Shown piece after piece: positions 1-48,178 of a stretch of DNA of 64,000 nt; position 1 is the stretch's first letter; the number at the start of each line of letters is the position of its first letter. Origin of the DNA: Antedon mediterranea (lineage: Eukaryota; Animalia; Echinodermata); the NCBI RefSeq assembly GCF_964355755.1, contig NC_092679.1:15483432-15547431 (forward strand). Reading direction: 5' to 3'. Below the pieces are notes generated by a model, which did no database searches, was not told the DNA's origin, and was given only the letters and a program-made list of their open reading frames with translations. A program made the position numbers and the translations under genes.

Positions 1-590
1 CTCCTAAAAAGATAAATCATGCATGATTTCAAAATATTGTGAACCGTGAACCGTACAAGAAGTAGAGGCTTTGAACCATGTGGTATCGGTAAAGTTGAAA
101 ACAAAAATATAGTCCTAATGAATCTATGTTATTTTTTTGTTTTATTTTAATTTTATATTCCGTTTACACAAAACGTGAAGTGGATAGGCGGTTGAGCCGA
201 AACTTGCTCAGGATAGATACAGTACAGATTCTATGTGGGACAGGAATGCGGTTTTCAGCTTACCGTTACCACTAGTCTATTGTAAATTGGCCTTAGCATA
301 TATTTTTTCAGTTCTCGCATTACAAAGAGAAATGATGACAGTGGTACATTGGGCCGTGCCCTTGTCAGGGTGCACTTGGTTGATGGATGAGTGCATTATG
401 GTACAGATGCTCTAGGTACCTTTATTAACTTTTTTGTATCAAAGTCGTCTCAGGTATACATAAGTCCACTCATCACGTATACTGTACTATAAGCCCACCA
501 CTACTTTTGATAATTTTTTTTTCAAATCGTGGCTCTCTGGTACTGTATGTGGACAATTAATGTAAAGATGTGTCAAAATATGCAGTTAAT

Positions 591-1094
591 AGGGAGGTTT
601 CGCAACCTTACGAATACGATAACGAAAACGGATACGTCATACATTTGTGAAACTTTTGAGCTGATCCCCATTTCATATTCGTAAAGCGTATTCGTGTTGA
701 CGAATATCACCAGCCATATTCGTAACTACAAAACTAGTATAGTTTTTGATCTATTTTGCACATTTTGCATTTGAATCATGATTCATGATTATAATATAAT
801 TATAGATTTATTGAAAGTAATTTACTAAAGTAATTTACTGAAATGCCAAGTCAATTTTGATAAATAGCAGTTTTTAAAGTCCTCACTCGCTTTGATGTTA
901 CGCTAGGCCTAGGCAGCCAAGCACCAAGCAAAACGTACCTGCGCTTCGCTCAAATTTACCGCAGTCATATTTTGGACGCGCCTCAATATTTCGTTGCCAT
1001 GCGAAACAGATTTTTTTATGGCTTACGAAAACGAATACGTGTGCGTGACGTATCCGTGTTCGTTATCGTATTCGTAAGATTGCGAAACCTCTCT
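591..1094. mobile_element. MITE with ~55-bp TIRs and 3-bp AAT TSD (PIF/Harbinger-related group, inferred)
   Basis: AGGGAGGTTTCGCAACCTTACGAATACGATAACG...CGTTATCGTATTCGTAAGATTGCGAAACCTCTCT, with AAT on both sides. Confidence 0.8.
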
Positions 1095-2704
1095 AATGGC
1101 TAGGAATAACCTATTTGGAGCTAGCACTGTAGACCTAGCCATACAGTTAGTTAACTTAACTTAAACAAGTTTATTATTTCTGTCCAAAAACTATACAGGT
1201 ATGACATTTTGTATTGAGCAATATTACAATAAGATTTGAAATTTCATTTTTTAGATCAGTTTTCTTTATTATGACCCAAAGTAGCAATATTGCATTCAGT
1301 AAATGTCAAGCATCTTATCACTGGCAAAAACATCAATATTGACTATATTTTATCTTCTTCAATTAAATATCAACAATCAAATTATTGATTCTTCCAAAGG
1401 TCATGGGTTATAAGATTCGGTTTCCATGGTTGTAAGAGAAACTAAATTAGAACAAATTATTAAATTATGATGTTTTTCATCTCAATTTTTCATCTCAATT
1501 CCAATCATTTTCAATACCTCATAACACCTCTAATTCTAGGGCTGTTTTCAACCTTCTCAGTACATTTTCCATTATCAATTCCATAATTTAGTTTAGTACT
1601 GTAGCAATATTTATCTGATCAAACTCTGTACTGTACTTACATACTTAATGTTATTGTTATATGAAATGACCTATGACACTTTCCCTACAATTGTTGATGT
1701 TTTGTAAATACAAATATTACTCTGCTTTAAAAGCTTTGCTTATTTTGAGGTCCCTTCTCTCCATAACTTTTGTATAGTACTTTGTACTACAGTATTTTAA
1801 AATCTTATGGAATAAAAGTTTATTTGATTAAATAAATAATTGTTTTTGTGGTGGGGGTTATGTTAAAAGTACATTTCTTTAGACCACCACTCGACCCTGT
1901 AATTCCATGGGATACAATTCTCTTCAGCTTTTGAAAATGTTTTTGGCACACCGCAATTATTATTAAAAGTATTTTCCAATGACTGTTAATATTGCAACTA
2001 AGGAGTCAAATTATATCTAATAAGCAAAAGTCAAAAAGAACTAGTCTATAAAAGGAAAGAAAGACTACAATACAGGCATAAGATTAATTGGTTTTGATAC
2101 TTGAGTTTATCACACAATGCTATTGTAGGATCTATTCTTAGAATCCAATAAATGTGTACTACATCTTATGGAAAAAAGTTAATTAAAAAGTAAACTAACA
2201 ATAACATTATTAGGCTTGAAATTGTAGCAAATTGTACACTGCTCAATGTGTCATGGTTACCATGGGATACGAGGATAAGAATACAAGTTTTAATAGAGCC
2301 ATTGAATAAGCACTTTAGAATCTACAGTTACAGGCAATAAACATACATAAGATTGCGATATTAATTTATCTTTACAAATTAAATTGGTGCATTACAACAA
2401 TGAATGTGCACCATTCTGCAGAACTATCGGCGCTAGTTTACTTTCTCGAGCTTTACAAAAAAAATGCACCCCTTGCGCAAGAGTGATTGTTCGTAACAGG
2501 TGTGAAACTTGCGCCAGAATATCAAGCATTACTGTATGTATGTGGTGTATGCTAAATAATATATGAATTCTATGTTTCCACGGCTATTTAACAAAAATGT
2601 GTACTTCTTCTATAATTGACAATTGCAGGAATCGCATTGGGAAAAAATATCCTTCTAGCCAATGGCGAGTAAATATAATGTGATGGTGAGTAAAGCTCGC
2701 CTAA

Positions 2705-3088
2705 AGGCCCATTTACACTAGGACGATAGCGATCGGCGATAAATAAACAAATATTTTTCATACATAAAACAAGAAGAAGAATTTATCTAAAAAGTTTTTA
2801 ATCTAGAAATATTTAGGAACAATCTATGCTTTCTTTGATGAAAATGATATTTTCACACATCCAATCAAATGACGCCATGATTAGTAAACTAAGAGCAATA
2901 ATATTGTGACAAATTTTTTGTTTTATAGATCATGACATCATTTGATTGGATTTTTTAGACAGCATGAATGAGTATACAGTACTATAATTCTAGAACAAAA
3001 ACCTTTCTAAATTCTTTTGTTTTATGTAAGAAAAATGCATGCTTATCTATTTATCCTCGATCATTATTGTCTTAGTGTGAATGGGCCT
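2705..3088. mobile_element. PIF/Harbinger-type MITE with TAA TSD; partial second copy at ~28165-28375
   Basis: TIR AGGCCCATTTACACTAGGACGAT / ATTGTCTTAGTGTGAATGGGCCT, TAA flanks, largely palindromic body. Confidence 0.8.
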
Positions 3089-3638
3089 TAACCCTTGTAC
3101 TATTCACATCATGCCAACCACGCAGTTGCGGCGCTGACACAGCATACTGTAAACCATGCATCCCAATGTTTCAATTTCTTTCTTTTTCACTAATCATTTT
3201 ACTTGATATGATGCCCGTAGTTGTATCATGAAAACAAAAAGTCCCTAAAGATGCATGCGCAATCTGACGTGAACTTGAACTGGAGCCAGACCAGAGGAGG
3301 TTTGAAAGATCCTATCCTGAACTCGCCACATTGGTCATTTGAAATTTTTCATTTTACAGGACAGGTACAAACGTTTAAATTATTAATTAAAACACATTTA
3401 ATTGTATATTTTTATAAATAGGTATACGACCTATTATATATAGGCCACTCACAGTAGCCTAATTTAATGCAATTATCCTTTCTACAAAAAAAATATAAAT
3501 ATTATTATTAAAAATATAGCTAGGACTAATTATTCGATACGGGCGAATGTTTAATAATACTGTAAAGTGTAATACTAAATAATAAATTCATATTCTCATC
3601 ATAATAATAATTAATAATATATAAAATATGTTTATTAC

Positions 3639-3945
3639 CTGCACTTAATCTTACACGAGCTTCATTATGATTAAGTAATTCTAAAACGTGCATTTTCAAT
3701 TCAGTTCCAAAATTCTCAGAGCTCCACTGATTGACCACAATCAACCGGCTTCCCAGCAGAGCTCCCTGTTTTGTCTCCCATGATACACAGTCAGGTTTTT
3801 GCAGTAGGCCTATGAAGTCTACTTCCAACTTTTCAACATCATCTGGCTCAGCAGAATTTACAATACTCTTCAGTTCAGCCAAACCTCGGTCTCTTTCTAT
3901 CTTTTTGCTACTACATAACAGTTGCTGTATATCACTTGCTTCCAT
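3639..3945 (-). CDS. First coding exon of an uncharacterised HEAT/ARM-repeat-like protein; the gene continues left, with no second exon recognised in the window
   Basis: ATG at 3945 opens MEASDIQQLLCSSKKIERDRGL...WETKQGALLG...LLNHNEARVRLSA(G). The ORF runs into a CAG|GTAAT donor at 3639/3638 (phase 1), followed by AT-rich intron-like sequence. LLxHxExRVRxxA resembles a HEAT motif. Confidence 0.7.
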
Positions 3946-4712
3946 TATAAGAGTTATTTCTTTGCCTAAAATAACGACAGTGATTATAAGCTAGGCCTAC
4001 ACCGTGTGTGTCATGTACCGCGAAGAGTTCGAAAACAATCTATACCGCCCTCAATAATAATGAATATGGCGCGCCGTTAATGCCTGCTTCTTTTTTGTCT
4101 TTGTTCTCTATCAGCAGCCAGCAATAGGCAGCAATAAGCAGCAACAAACTTTACTTTAAATACATTACTTCTTGTAAATGGTTTCCTAGTCAGTAATTTA
4201 TTTGTAGGTTAATATGATTTTTGTAAAGAAATAGTATTCGGTGTCAAAAATGTTCCTAAACTTACTGTTTGAAATGTACCAAATTCACCAATTTGCTAAG
4301 ATGAGCAAAATTCCATTTCAAACCACCACCTCGGAGAGTGGGTATTAACTGCCTTTGGGAAGGTATCTTTCCTAGTAACCAATAAATAACCAATCTTTTT
4401 TTAATATGTGGCAATTGCTATTTATTTGTACATGTACACGGTTTGGTGAAACAAAAGATAGGAACAAAACATGATATTTTGAGCATATAAACCCCTTTAG
4501 TACGTTAAAATTACATTATATTCTTCACAAGCATTGTCAGTTTGTGTCAAAATCAAGCAAAAAATAAATCTGAAAATTAATATTGATGCATCGTAATGGA
4601 TATTTTAAATCTAATATCAATTACTTCTCATCAAATTGCAATGCACGACAAGGGACAGATTACACCTCATCTGAATGGATTAATACATAATTGGAAATAA
4701 CTATCGGCACAG

Positions 4713-4925
4713 TGTGTATAATTTATTATTTTCTATTGACACAGTTGACCATGTATCTTAATGTGAAGTTTTTATTGACACAGTTGACCGGGTGCCCAAT
4801 TCCAAGAGCAAGGCCGACCTTGCCGGAGAGAAAACAAGGCATACGAGACACACGGTTGACTGATAACTCCGCAGGAAATATCGGCATGGTTGACAGTGCT
4901 GATAAAAAATAATATACGCACAGTT
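4713..4925. mobile_element. Short palindromic dispersed repeat (MITE-like); related copy at ~30020-30180
   Basis: Inverted ends (TGTGTATAATTTATT.../...AATAATATACGCACAG) and a shared CCTTGCCG.AGA.AAACAAGG core in both copies. Confidence 0.5.
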
Positions 4926-7900
4926 AATTTTAAATCCTTTTACAATCTCAAATTTTAAAACTGTTTGTATATCTATGTCGTTGATCTACAGTATTTTTTT
5001 TATTAAATAAACTAAAGTTAGGCGTAATTTTTCTGCTTATTATCTTGCGCTTGACTTTGACACGTTTTATTCGGTACAAACAATATGCATAATGTGAGTT
5101 TAATCAACCATGATCAATATATACCAGTTTGCAAAAAACAAAAACATTATTATTCCCAATAACAAAGGATGACTATTGAAATGTTATTTATTGTCTTGTT
5201 GATTATAAACCCTTTTTTATAATTATAACATTTTCTTTTTTTTTTAAGTAGGAAACAGCATGTTATACTTCTATTGCACTACCTACTAAAATATATTGAA
5301 CGTTTAAACTCAAAAGGATACATAAACTACAGATTTAGACGTACATTCTAGGTTTAATAATACCAGTTAAATCGTATCTTACAATTTACATTCATTTAAT
5401 AACACTGGACGATTCTCGGTACTGTATGTATCATTTTTTTTTTATGTAGACCATAAGCCTACCTTTAACGTAACATAATACAGGTACCACATAAGATACA
5501 TATATGATACTGACAAATTATGCCATATTTGGAGATACAGTACAGAGAATCGGGTGATAACACAATCTTGGTTATTCAAACCCTCAGCTCATATTATTTC
5601 ATAATTAATCCCATCCCATTAGCTCTGTACTAAACTCTACTTTAGTTTATTTATAAATCAAAGATATACTTTGCCAAATCTTATAAAAAGAAAACCAGGT
5701 GTTACAAAAAAAAAGAAATCATTTTCACAAAAATACACTCTTATTAATATTCACAATGTAAGCGATGCTTTTCATACAAACAGAAATCAAAATATTATCT
5801 CAATTCAATAAATATAGATAATAACTTAATCAGTTTTGGCTTGGTAACAAAAATCATCCACTACAAAAGTTGCCTCCCTGAAATGGAGAGAACACAGATG
5901 GGGGTAAGAATATCCACCAAAAAAACAAACAAAATCAGCAACTTTTAGTCAGTGATCGGTTCAAAAGCAACGTATTCATATTCCTGTCTACACTATTAAA
6001 CTAGTTTGACAAAAAAACATGCCCAAATATGGTAATGATATACCCAAATATGGTAGTGATATGACATCATGTCCATATATGGGTACATTACATTTTTAGT
6101 TTGATAGAGTAGACAGAGGTTTGGAATTTCTATTTGTTTCTAGAATTTTTTGAGTTCATGATATAGTACAGACTATGCCAATTAAATTCCTAGGCCAACG
6201 GCTCTTCCAATTTCAAAACGCATATTTAGATCTCTTGCTATTTTGTTGAGGTTTAGCCAAGCCTAGGCCAAGTTTTGTAGCACCTCAACAAAATTATGTA
6301 ACATTCTATCATAGTGCAAGTACCTAGACCTTGAAAACAGATTTTTAGAAAATTTTCTTATGGATTGATAAAACAAATAAAGCACGCAATAAACCATAAT
6401 TTCTTAAGGTGACCGAAACTTGCGAATGAATGAGAGAAAACTACAATATAGAACCCTTCCTTTGGGACACTTTCCTGTGAAATGAACAAAGGACAATCCA
6501 TGTTTTACCACTATGGACAACCTCTATTTAGAGAACACTCCCATTACAGAGACACTGTGTTGGTTTTCCTTATAAAGAGGTTCTACTGTAAAACCATTAA
6601 TGGTTATTGATTCTTATCGACGTATACAGAATATTTGGTACGTAAAATTTTCAGAGATTAGCAATCAAACTTCCACAACAAATTTGTTATTCATTATTTA
6701 GTATAAAGCATATCTTATCTGGCTCAATATTTGTCAAATACTGTAGCAAAAGATATGATATTGTTGATAAATTAACTGTGCTCCAAAAAACTCTGCCGAG
6801 CATGTATAATTACCTAAAATGCTATTGATTAAAATTTTTTTGAATAAATAGTCATTTAAAATACATTATGGAGACATTTGCATTATGGGAACATTTTCAT
6901 TAAAAAACAGGGTAATAGCAACAAAAAAAAACCATTTGATTAGACAGGAAAACAATTGGGTGGGACCTATTAAGGTGGTAGTATGAAAAGGGTGGATCTA
7001 TAAAGCATTATGGGAAAAAGAGTGTGATCTGTTAATAATGATTTGTAATTCCTTGATTAAGAACAAGAGATATTTTCACCTACTGAAGCTCTTACAAATA
7101 ACATTACAATACAGTACACATGAATAACGCATTCCCATTAAAAAAAGCGCTGGCTAAATAGGTGCTTATTTCATATTTATATTCAATGTATGTCACAAAA
7201 ATGTATATGCAAATAACTATTATTTGTATGACTTTCTCCAACTCATCATCTTGGCATTAGCTTTAATTCATATAAATTTTGTAAAACCATTTTATGATTA
7301 TACCTTGCAAATAATATCTTATTGTATTGCTTTTTCAAGGGGTTGCGGGTACCATTTTTTGATGTTATGATCCCGAGCCGTTTGTGGCTATAAAATTAAT
7401 TAACTAAATTTGATTGAAAAATCTAAAAAAATGCATCATATTCTCAAAAATATATTCAACATTGAAATATATATCCATAACAAACATTTTTTCATATGTG
7501 GGTCATTTAAATAAGTGCCCTCCTGAAACTGCCAGGGTGCAGATTCATGCAAGTACTGTACCATTGCTTAAACGTAGGAGAGCAGTAACCAATGAAGCAT
7601 AACCTTCCTTCAAGTTAATAAAAATTAACAAACAATTAAAGCACAATACCATACAACAAACATAAAGATCTCCCTCCAATAAACGACCCCTCCAATTATT
7701 GACCACTCCAATTATTGACCACTTCAATTAATGACCTCTCCAATTAAAGATATCTCCAATTAGAGACCATTTTCATGTAGACTACTACCTGAACACAAAA
7801 TATATCCCAGCCCCTTGTGATTCTAATTACTGCAACTGCTAAAAACCACTAAAATACCAAAGTGGTCCTTTAGGGAGACACATATTTGTTTCATAAAAAC

Positions 7901-8274
7901 AAAGGATTATACAACGCTTAAAAACTTCCAAATAGACAATATCATACAACAGTCAAAACAATAATTCAATAAAAGTTTGCTTACAATATACAAACAGCAT
8001 AGTGGTATAGTGCATTTATTATTAATAGTCTATGCTCTTTAGATTTCATATTTCAACTACATCAAACAAAAATCATTGGAAATGAACACAAATAATAAAG
8101 CCTGTGAACATCAGCCGATTTATATTTATTGGACCCAATTCGCCGGGGATGTTCAGTATTTTCCTGTTTTTGTTTATCCCACGTGGTACAACCTCATTAT
8201 TTACTCATATTCAATCTGTCCCTAGAGATGCTTTTTAACGTGTATTCGTAACCGATACATCGTTAAAAGTGATT

Positions 8275-43161
<34,887 letters not shown>

Positions 43162-43887
43162 ATCTGGGCCAAAAATTCCACTGCTATGTTTTCACGTTTA
43201 TTTCCCTGGCCATGAAAGCCTACACCGTTCCCATAAACAACAAGATTTTTGATTGGTCAATAAAGGTCATGTGGTATACATGCACCATTTAGTAGACCAA
43301 TTTCGGCAGCTGCTTTTTTATAAGCCTACATTAAAATTAATTTTGGCTTAGTAATTAATTCATGCATGTTTAGGGGTAGTATTATTATTCAAAATCAAGT
43401 TCCTAAATTATGAGCTCTGTATAATATTTTATATTGTCAAAAAAAATAATTGAATAGAGTCTAGCCTAGATAGAGACATCCTGTGTTGATGGTGTGTGGT
43501 GGCTCTGTACAGTAAAGTAAACAGAATTGTATTAAAGTGCGCCACCACAATGAACTTTTCTTATCACTTTTTTCTGGCTACTTTACGAAATTATATTATA
43601 AGTATAACACAATCATTATCTGTTATATGTATTGTTGATTCTTTCTATATTATAAGCTATGACATTTAGTTTAAATTTAATGAAAACAGCTAAATACATT
43701 ACCATTTTGTTAATTCATCCATGGTTTACCACAATAATTATATTTTTGTTGTTGATTAGTACTTATTTAGAATCAATAACTATATCATTATGTATCAATA
43801 AATATCATAATTAAGAATACACAACTCCTCTTTAAAGTAGAAAGTGAAATATTTTGATTTATTCTTTTACAATGATTATTATCACAT

Positions 43888-43958
43888 CATCTTAACCAAG
43901 TTAACCATCTTAACCAAGTTAACCATCTTAACCAAGTTAACCATCTTTACCATCTTTC
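43888..43958. repeat. 18-bp tandem repeat (CATCTTAACCAAGTTAAC)x3
   Basis: Direct reading. Confidence 0.9.
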
Positions 43959-46257
43959 ACATTGACTCTTAGATCACATCAAGTTAACTATGTTCAGTTT
44001 GTCTTATTCAAGTACTTAAAATTATTTTTGTACTTTCATCGCGTGCTTATGTTTCAGTAAATTAAATGATTCAATTTTAAACAAACTATTTACAATCATT
44101 TGCAAACATATACAATTGATAAAGGAAGAGATTATAACGTATTGTCACTTCTTAGGATACTATATGCAAGTCACATGTATTGTACCCAAATACATAAATA
44201 TTAAAGGCACAATTTCAATACCTAGTCATTCATAAATTGTGCTTTACAAGTCAAAATGCCCCCAACAACAAGACATGAAATCAGTAACGCAGAGGCCTGA
44301 GTTTAGGAACCCTAAGTGGCCCTCTAACTCAGGGTTTTTAGCCTTTCTCAAAATATTTTAATGCCTGGTTTTTCCTCTGGACACTGCTCAGGGCCCCCAT
44401 AAGCTCCCTGGGCCCATGGGTTTAGCCAGTGAGCGCTCATAGCCGTTACAGCACTGCATGAAATATGGTGACATATTTGTGGTCAGGGCGTATGTTGACA
44501 CAATTAAGTTACTTTCAGATCTGTGTCAACATACATGTATTTGTATACAAATTGTATATATCGACATTTCTTTTAGTTTTCGTAATCTAAAATATTCTTC
44601 TGCAGTTACTACTATATTTGTTTACTGTAACAATAGCATATGATTTTATTTGTTTCAATGTAGGAGTTGAGTCAGTCACTACATTAACAATATACTAAAT
44701 ATTTACATAAGTTTTAAATAGTAAAAAATGCAAAATGTAGTTATACTGTCGTAGAATAATTTTGACTTGGTATCTATTATAAGACAACCTGATTATATAA
44801 TAAATAAATATGAAATTATATCAACTTAAAAATAACTTGATTAGATAAAATGATTATAATAAATAGGTGGAATTATAACATACATCCTGATTATATTATA
44901 TATATATATATTCATTTTTTTAAATTATTTATTCCAAAAAAAAACAGAAACTCCAAAAATGTTGTAGCATAAAGAATACACTATTGTGAATAATTTATTG
45001 TTCAGTGCCAGAAAAATGTTGTCATTGCTGATATATGCAAAAAGTAGTGAGTGTCTATTTATTGTGAAAAAATGGGCAACAAAAATACTAGTTTATTAGT
45101 TGTGTTATTAAAGTGTATATTGGTATAATCTGGTATCACACTAAAGAAATGTAAAACATAAAACGGAATTTTTTTCAAACATGCAACTCATACTTGATTA
45201 ACTATATTAAAGATATTTGAAAGTGGCTAAGATAAAATATGTAAATTATCATATTGGTGAAACCAGGGAATAGTGTTCACTATCTCATTGTGATACAAAG
45301 TAGACAAGAGATTGAAAACGGGAGATAAATATTTAGTAATAAGATATTAAATTGCTTAATTTAAAATATAGTTCAGGTTGTAAAATAGTTCAAAAATATA
45401 TTAATTTCAAATAAGACTATACATTTTGAAAATATCAATGAATGATTGAAGAACAATCATATTTTATATATTCAGTATTTATTAATGTATATATGCCAGA
45501 ATATAGTCCCAGGGGCCTGGGTATAAAAGTTGAAAACAAATTAGGGGTGGGGTTATACTAGGATTACATGAACAACAAAATTACCAAAGTCTTGTATCCA
45601 AATTTAGCCTGAATTGAGGGCGAGACAAAACTCAAGCATAGGATTGTACTCGGCCATGCACAGTACATCTATTAAAGGCAATAATACTACTGTTGTAGTG
45701 AACAAAACAATGGCATCAACAAAATATTTTGGCAGTGCAGTCACTCACTGCACTTTTGGAGAAATCTGTTAATAACAACATTATAGTAGACGACACAGCC
45801 TTGGAAATCATCCAGTTCGTTACACTCTTCATTGTCATGTTTATGCTCAATACAGCCTCAAAGCCGAGTGTGGTTTACTGAATTATATGCCTACTGTAGC
45901 ATAGACAAAAAGTAGGATATTTTTCTAATGACGAAAATAAACCAGTTTGAAATGATAGAAAAAGCCACTGTGCTATAATATTATGTGCTGTTTATAAGAT
46001 CTTCAAAATAATTTGATAATTGAAGAATCGTGCATGTTAAATATAAAAACATTTATAGTTATATAATTTTTTATGTTTGATGAATACTACGGGCGATTTC
46101 CAAAAATCAAATTACATATGAACAAAATGTTTATGGTCTCAAAAAACACCTTTACACTTTACACAATTTGTTATAACAATTTTGCAGAAAACATGAAATT
46201 TGTAATGCAAAGCACCATGTGTAGTAGCATAATGCTTTGTTTAGAGCAAAAAATGCT

Positions 46258-47257
46258 AGACCAGGGAATGGATGATGATAAACTAGTGTGAACAAGAGCA
46301 CTATCATTATTACTCCATATGGACCAGTTCAGGGACTGGATGATGATACACCAGTGTGAACAAGAGCACTATCATTAATACTCCATATGGACCAGTTCAG
46401 GGAATGGATGATGATACAACAGTGTGAACAAGAGCACAATCATTATTACTCCATATGGACCAGTTCAGGGACTGGATGATGATACACCAGTGTGAACAAG
46501 AGCACTATCATTATTACTCCATATGGACCAGTTCAGGGACTGGATGATGATACACCAGTGTGAACAAGAACACTATCATTATTACTCCATATGGACCAGT
46601 TCAGGGACTGGATGATGATACACCAGTGTGAACAAGAGCACTATCATTATTACTCCATATGGACCAGTTCAGGGACTGGATGATGATTCACCAGTGTGAA
46701 CAAGAGCATCATTATTACTCCATATGGACCAGTTCAGGGACTGGATGATGATACACCAGTGTGAACAATAGCACTATCATTATTACTCCATATGGACCAG
46801 TTCAGGGACTGGATGATGATTCACCAGTGTGAACAAGAGCATCATTATTACTCCATATGGACCAGTTCAGGGACTGGATGATGATACACCAGTGTGAACA
46901 AGAGCACTATCATTATTACTCCATATGGACCAGTTCAGGGACTGGATGATGATACACCAGTGTGAACAATAGCACTATCATTATTACTCCATATGGACCA
47001 GTTCAGGGACTGGATGATGATTCACCAGTGTGAACAAGAGCATCATTATTACTCCATATGGACCAGTTCAGGGACTGGATGATGATACACCAGTGTGAAC
47101 AAGAGCACAATCATTATTACTCCATATGGACCAGTTCAGGGACTGGATGATGATACACCAGTGTGAACAAGAGCACTATCATTATTACTCCATATGGACC
47201 AGTTCAGGGACTGGATGATGATACACCAGTGTGAACAAGAGCACAATCATTATTACT
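46258..47257. repeat. 68/65-bp minisatellite, ~14.5 near-identical units, between atlastin and B56
   Basis: Unit GGACCAGTTCAGGGACTGGATGATGATACACCAGTGTGAACAAGAGCACTATCATTATTACTCCATAT. Starts at 46321, 46389, 46457, 46525, 46593, 46661, 46726, 46794, 46859, 46927, 46995, 47060, 47128 and 47196. Confidence 0.98.
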
Positions 47258-48178
47258 TATTAAAAGCACTATCATTAATAACTGGTAAAACAAGGTGAAC
47301 TGGACATATTAAAGTAGTTACTTATCTACGTTAAGCTTTGAGGTAAAATGTTTCAAACTAGTGAATGACAACAATAAATATATATCTAAAAGAACGTCTC
47401 AGATACTAGATAATTCTTTCTGAAACATAAAGAGAAGAAAACAATATTTTCCACAAAATAGATTGTTGGCCAGCCTGTAGCCAGCATTTTTATAGGAGGG
47501 ACTGGATGACAATATACAAAGGGGCATGTTAGCATAAAGCTCTGTCTACACTATCAATCTATATGTAATAAATAAATATGATGTGCCCATATATGGACAC
47601 AATGACATCAAATCACTCCCATATTAGAGCACAAATCACACTTTCTATTTTTCAAACTAGTTTGATAATGTAGACAGAGCTTTAGCAAGCATTTTTGATT
47701 GGGAAGGAAAAGAATGTCTTGGGTCTAATCTGCCTTTTTGCATGGCACGAGTTGCCAAATTGCCAAGAGCTAGGCCAAAAAAGGGGGAAAAGTTAAATCC
47801 TAAAAACTGCTTTTGCTACTGACAGGTCTCATCATACACAATTGGTAAAATGGAAGTTGTGGCAATAGAAGAAACTATACTCCAGGGTTGAAAATACTGT
47901 AGTCTGCACCTCATTTTGAGGTTATCTTAATCATCTTTGACATAACACTAAGATTGCATATCTAAAATCACTTATTTTTTACTTTTTTGGTGTAGGGTTT
48001 GAGTTTTAATTTTAAATAGAGTCCGATTTTATTTTGTTTACGTAATAACTGTCAGCTTTATTGTTAACTTCCTCACCTCAATGTTTATCTTTATATTTTT
48101 TAATTGAATTATTAATATTTAAGTGTATTTCAATGAGTTAAAGTAATGTTTATTGAGTTTTCCAATTTAATGTACAAC

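Noticed and set aside
233-3421. Short ORFs in the supplied track here, and similar 60-140 aa ORFs elsewhere
   Set aside because: They are antisense shadows of exons, repeat-derived, or random AT-rich ORFs with no recognisable motifs or splice support.
46258-47257. CRISPR array or tandem C/D snoRNA cluster
   Set aside because: There are no unique spacers or cas genes, and the context is eukaryotic. ATGATGA resembles box C, but there is no box D (CTGA) on that strand.
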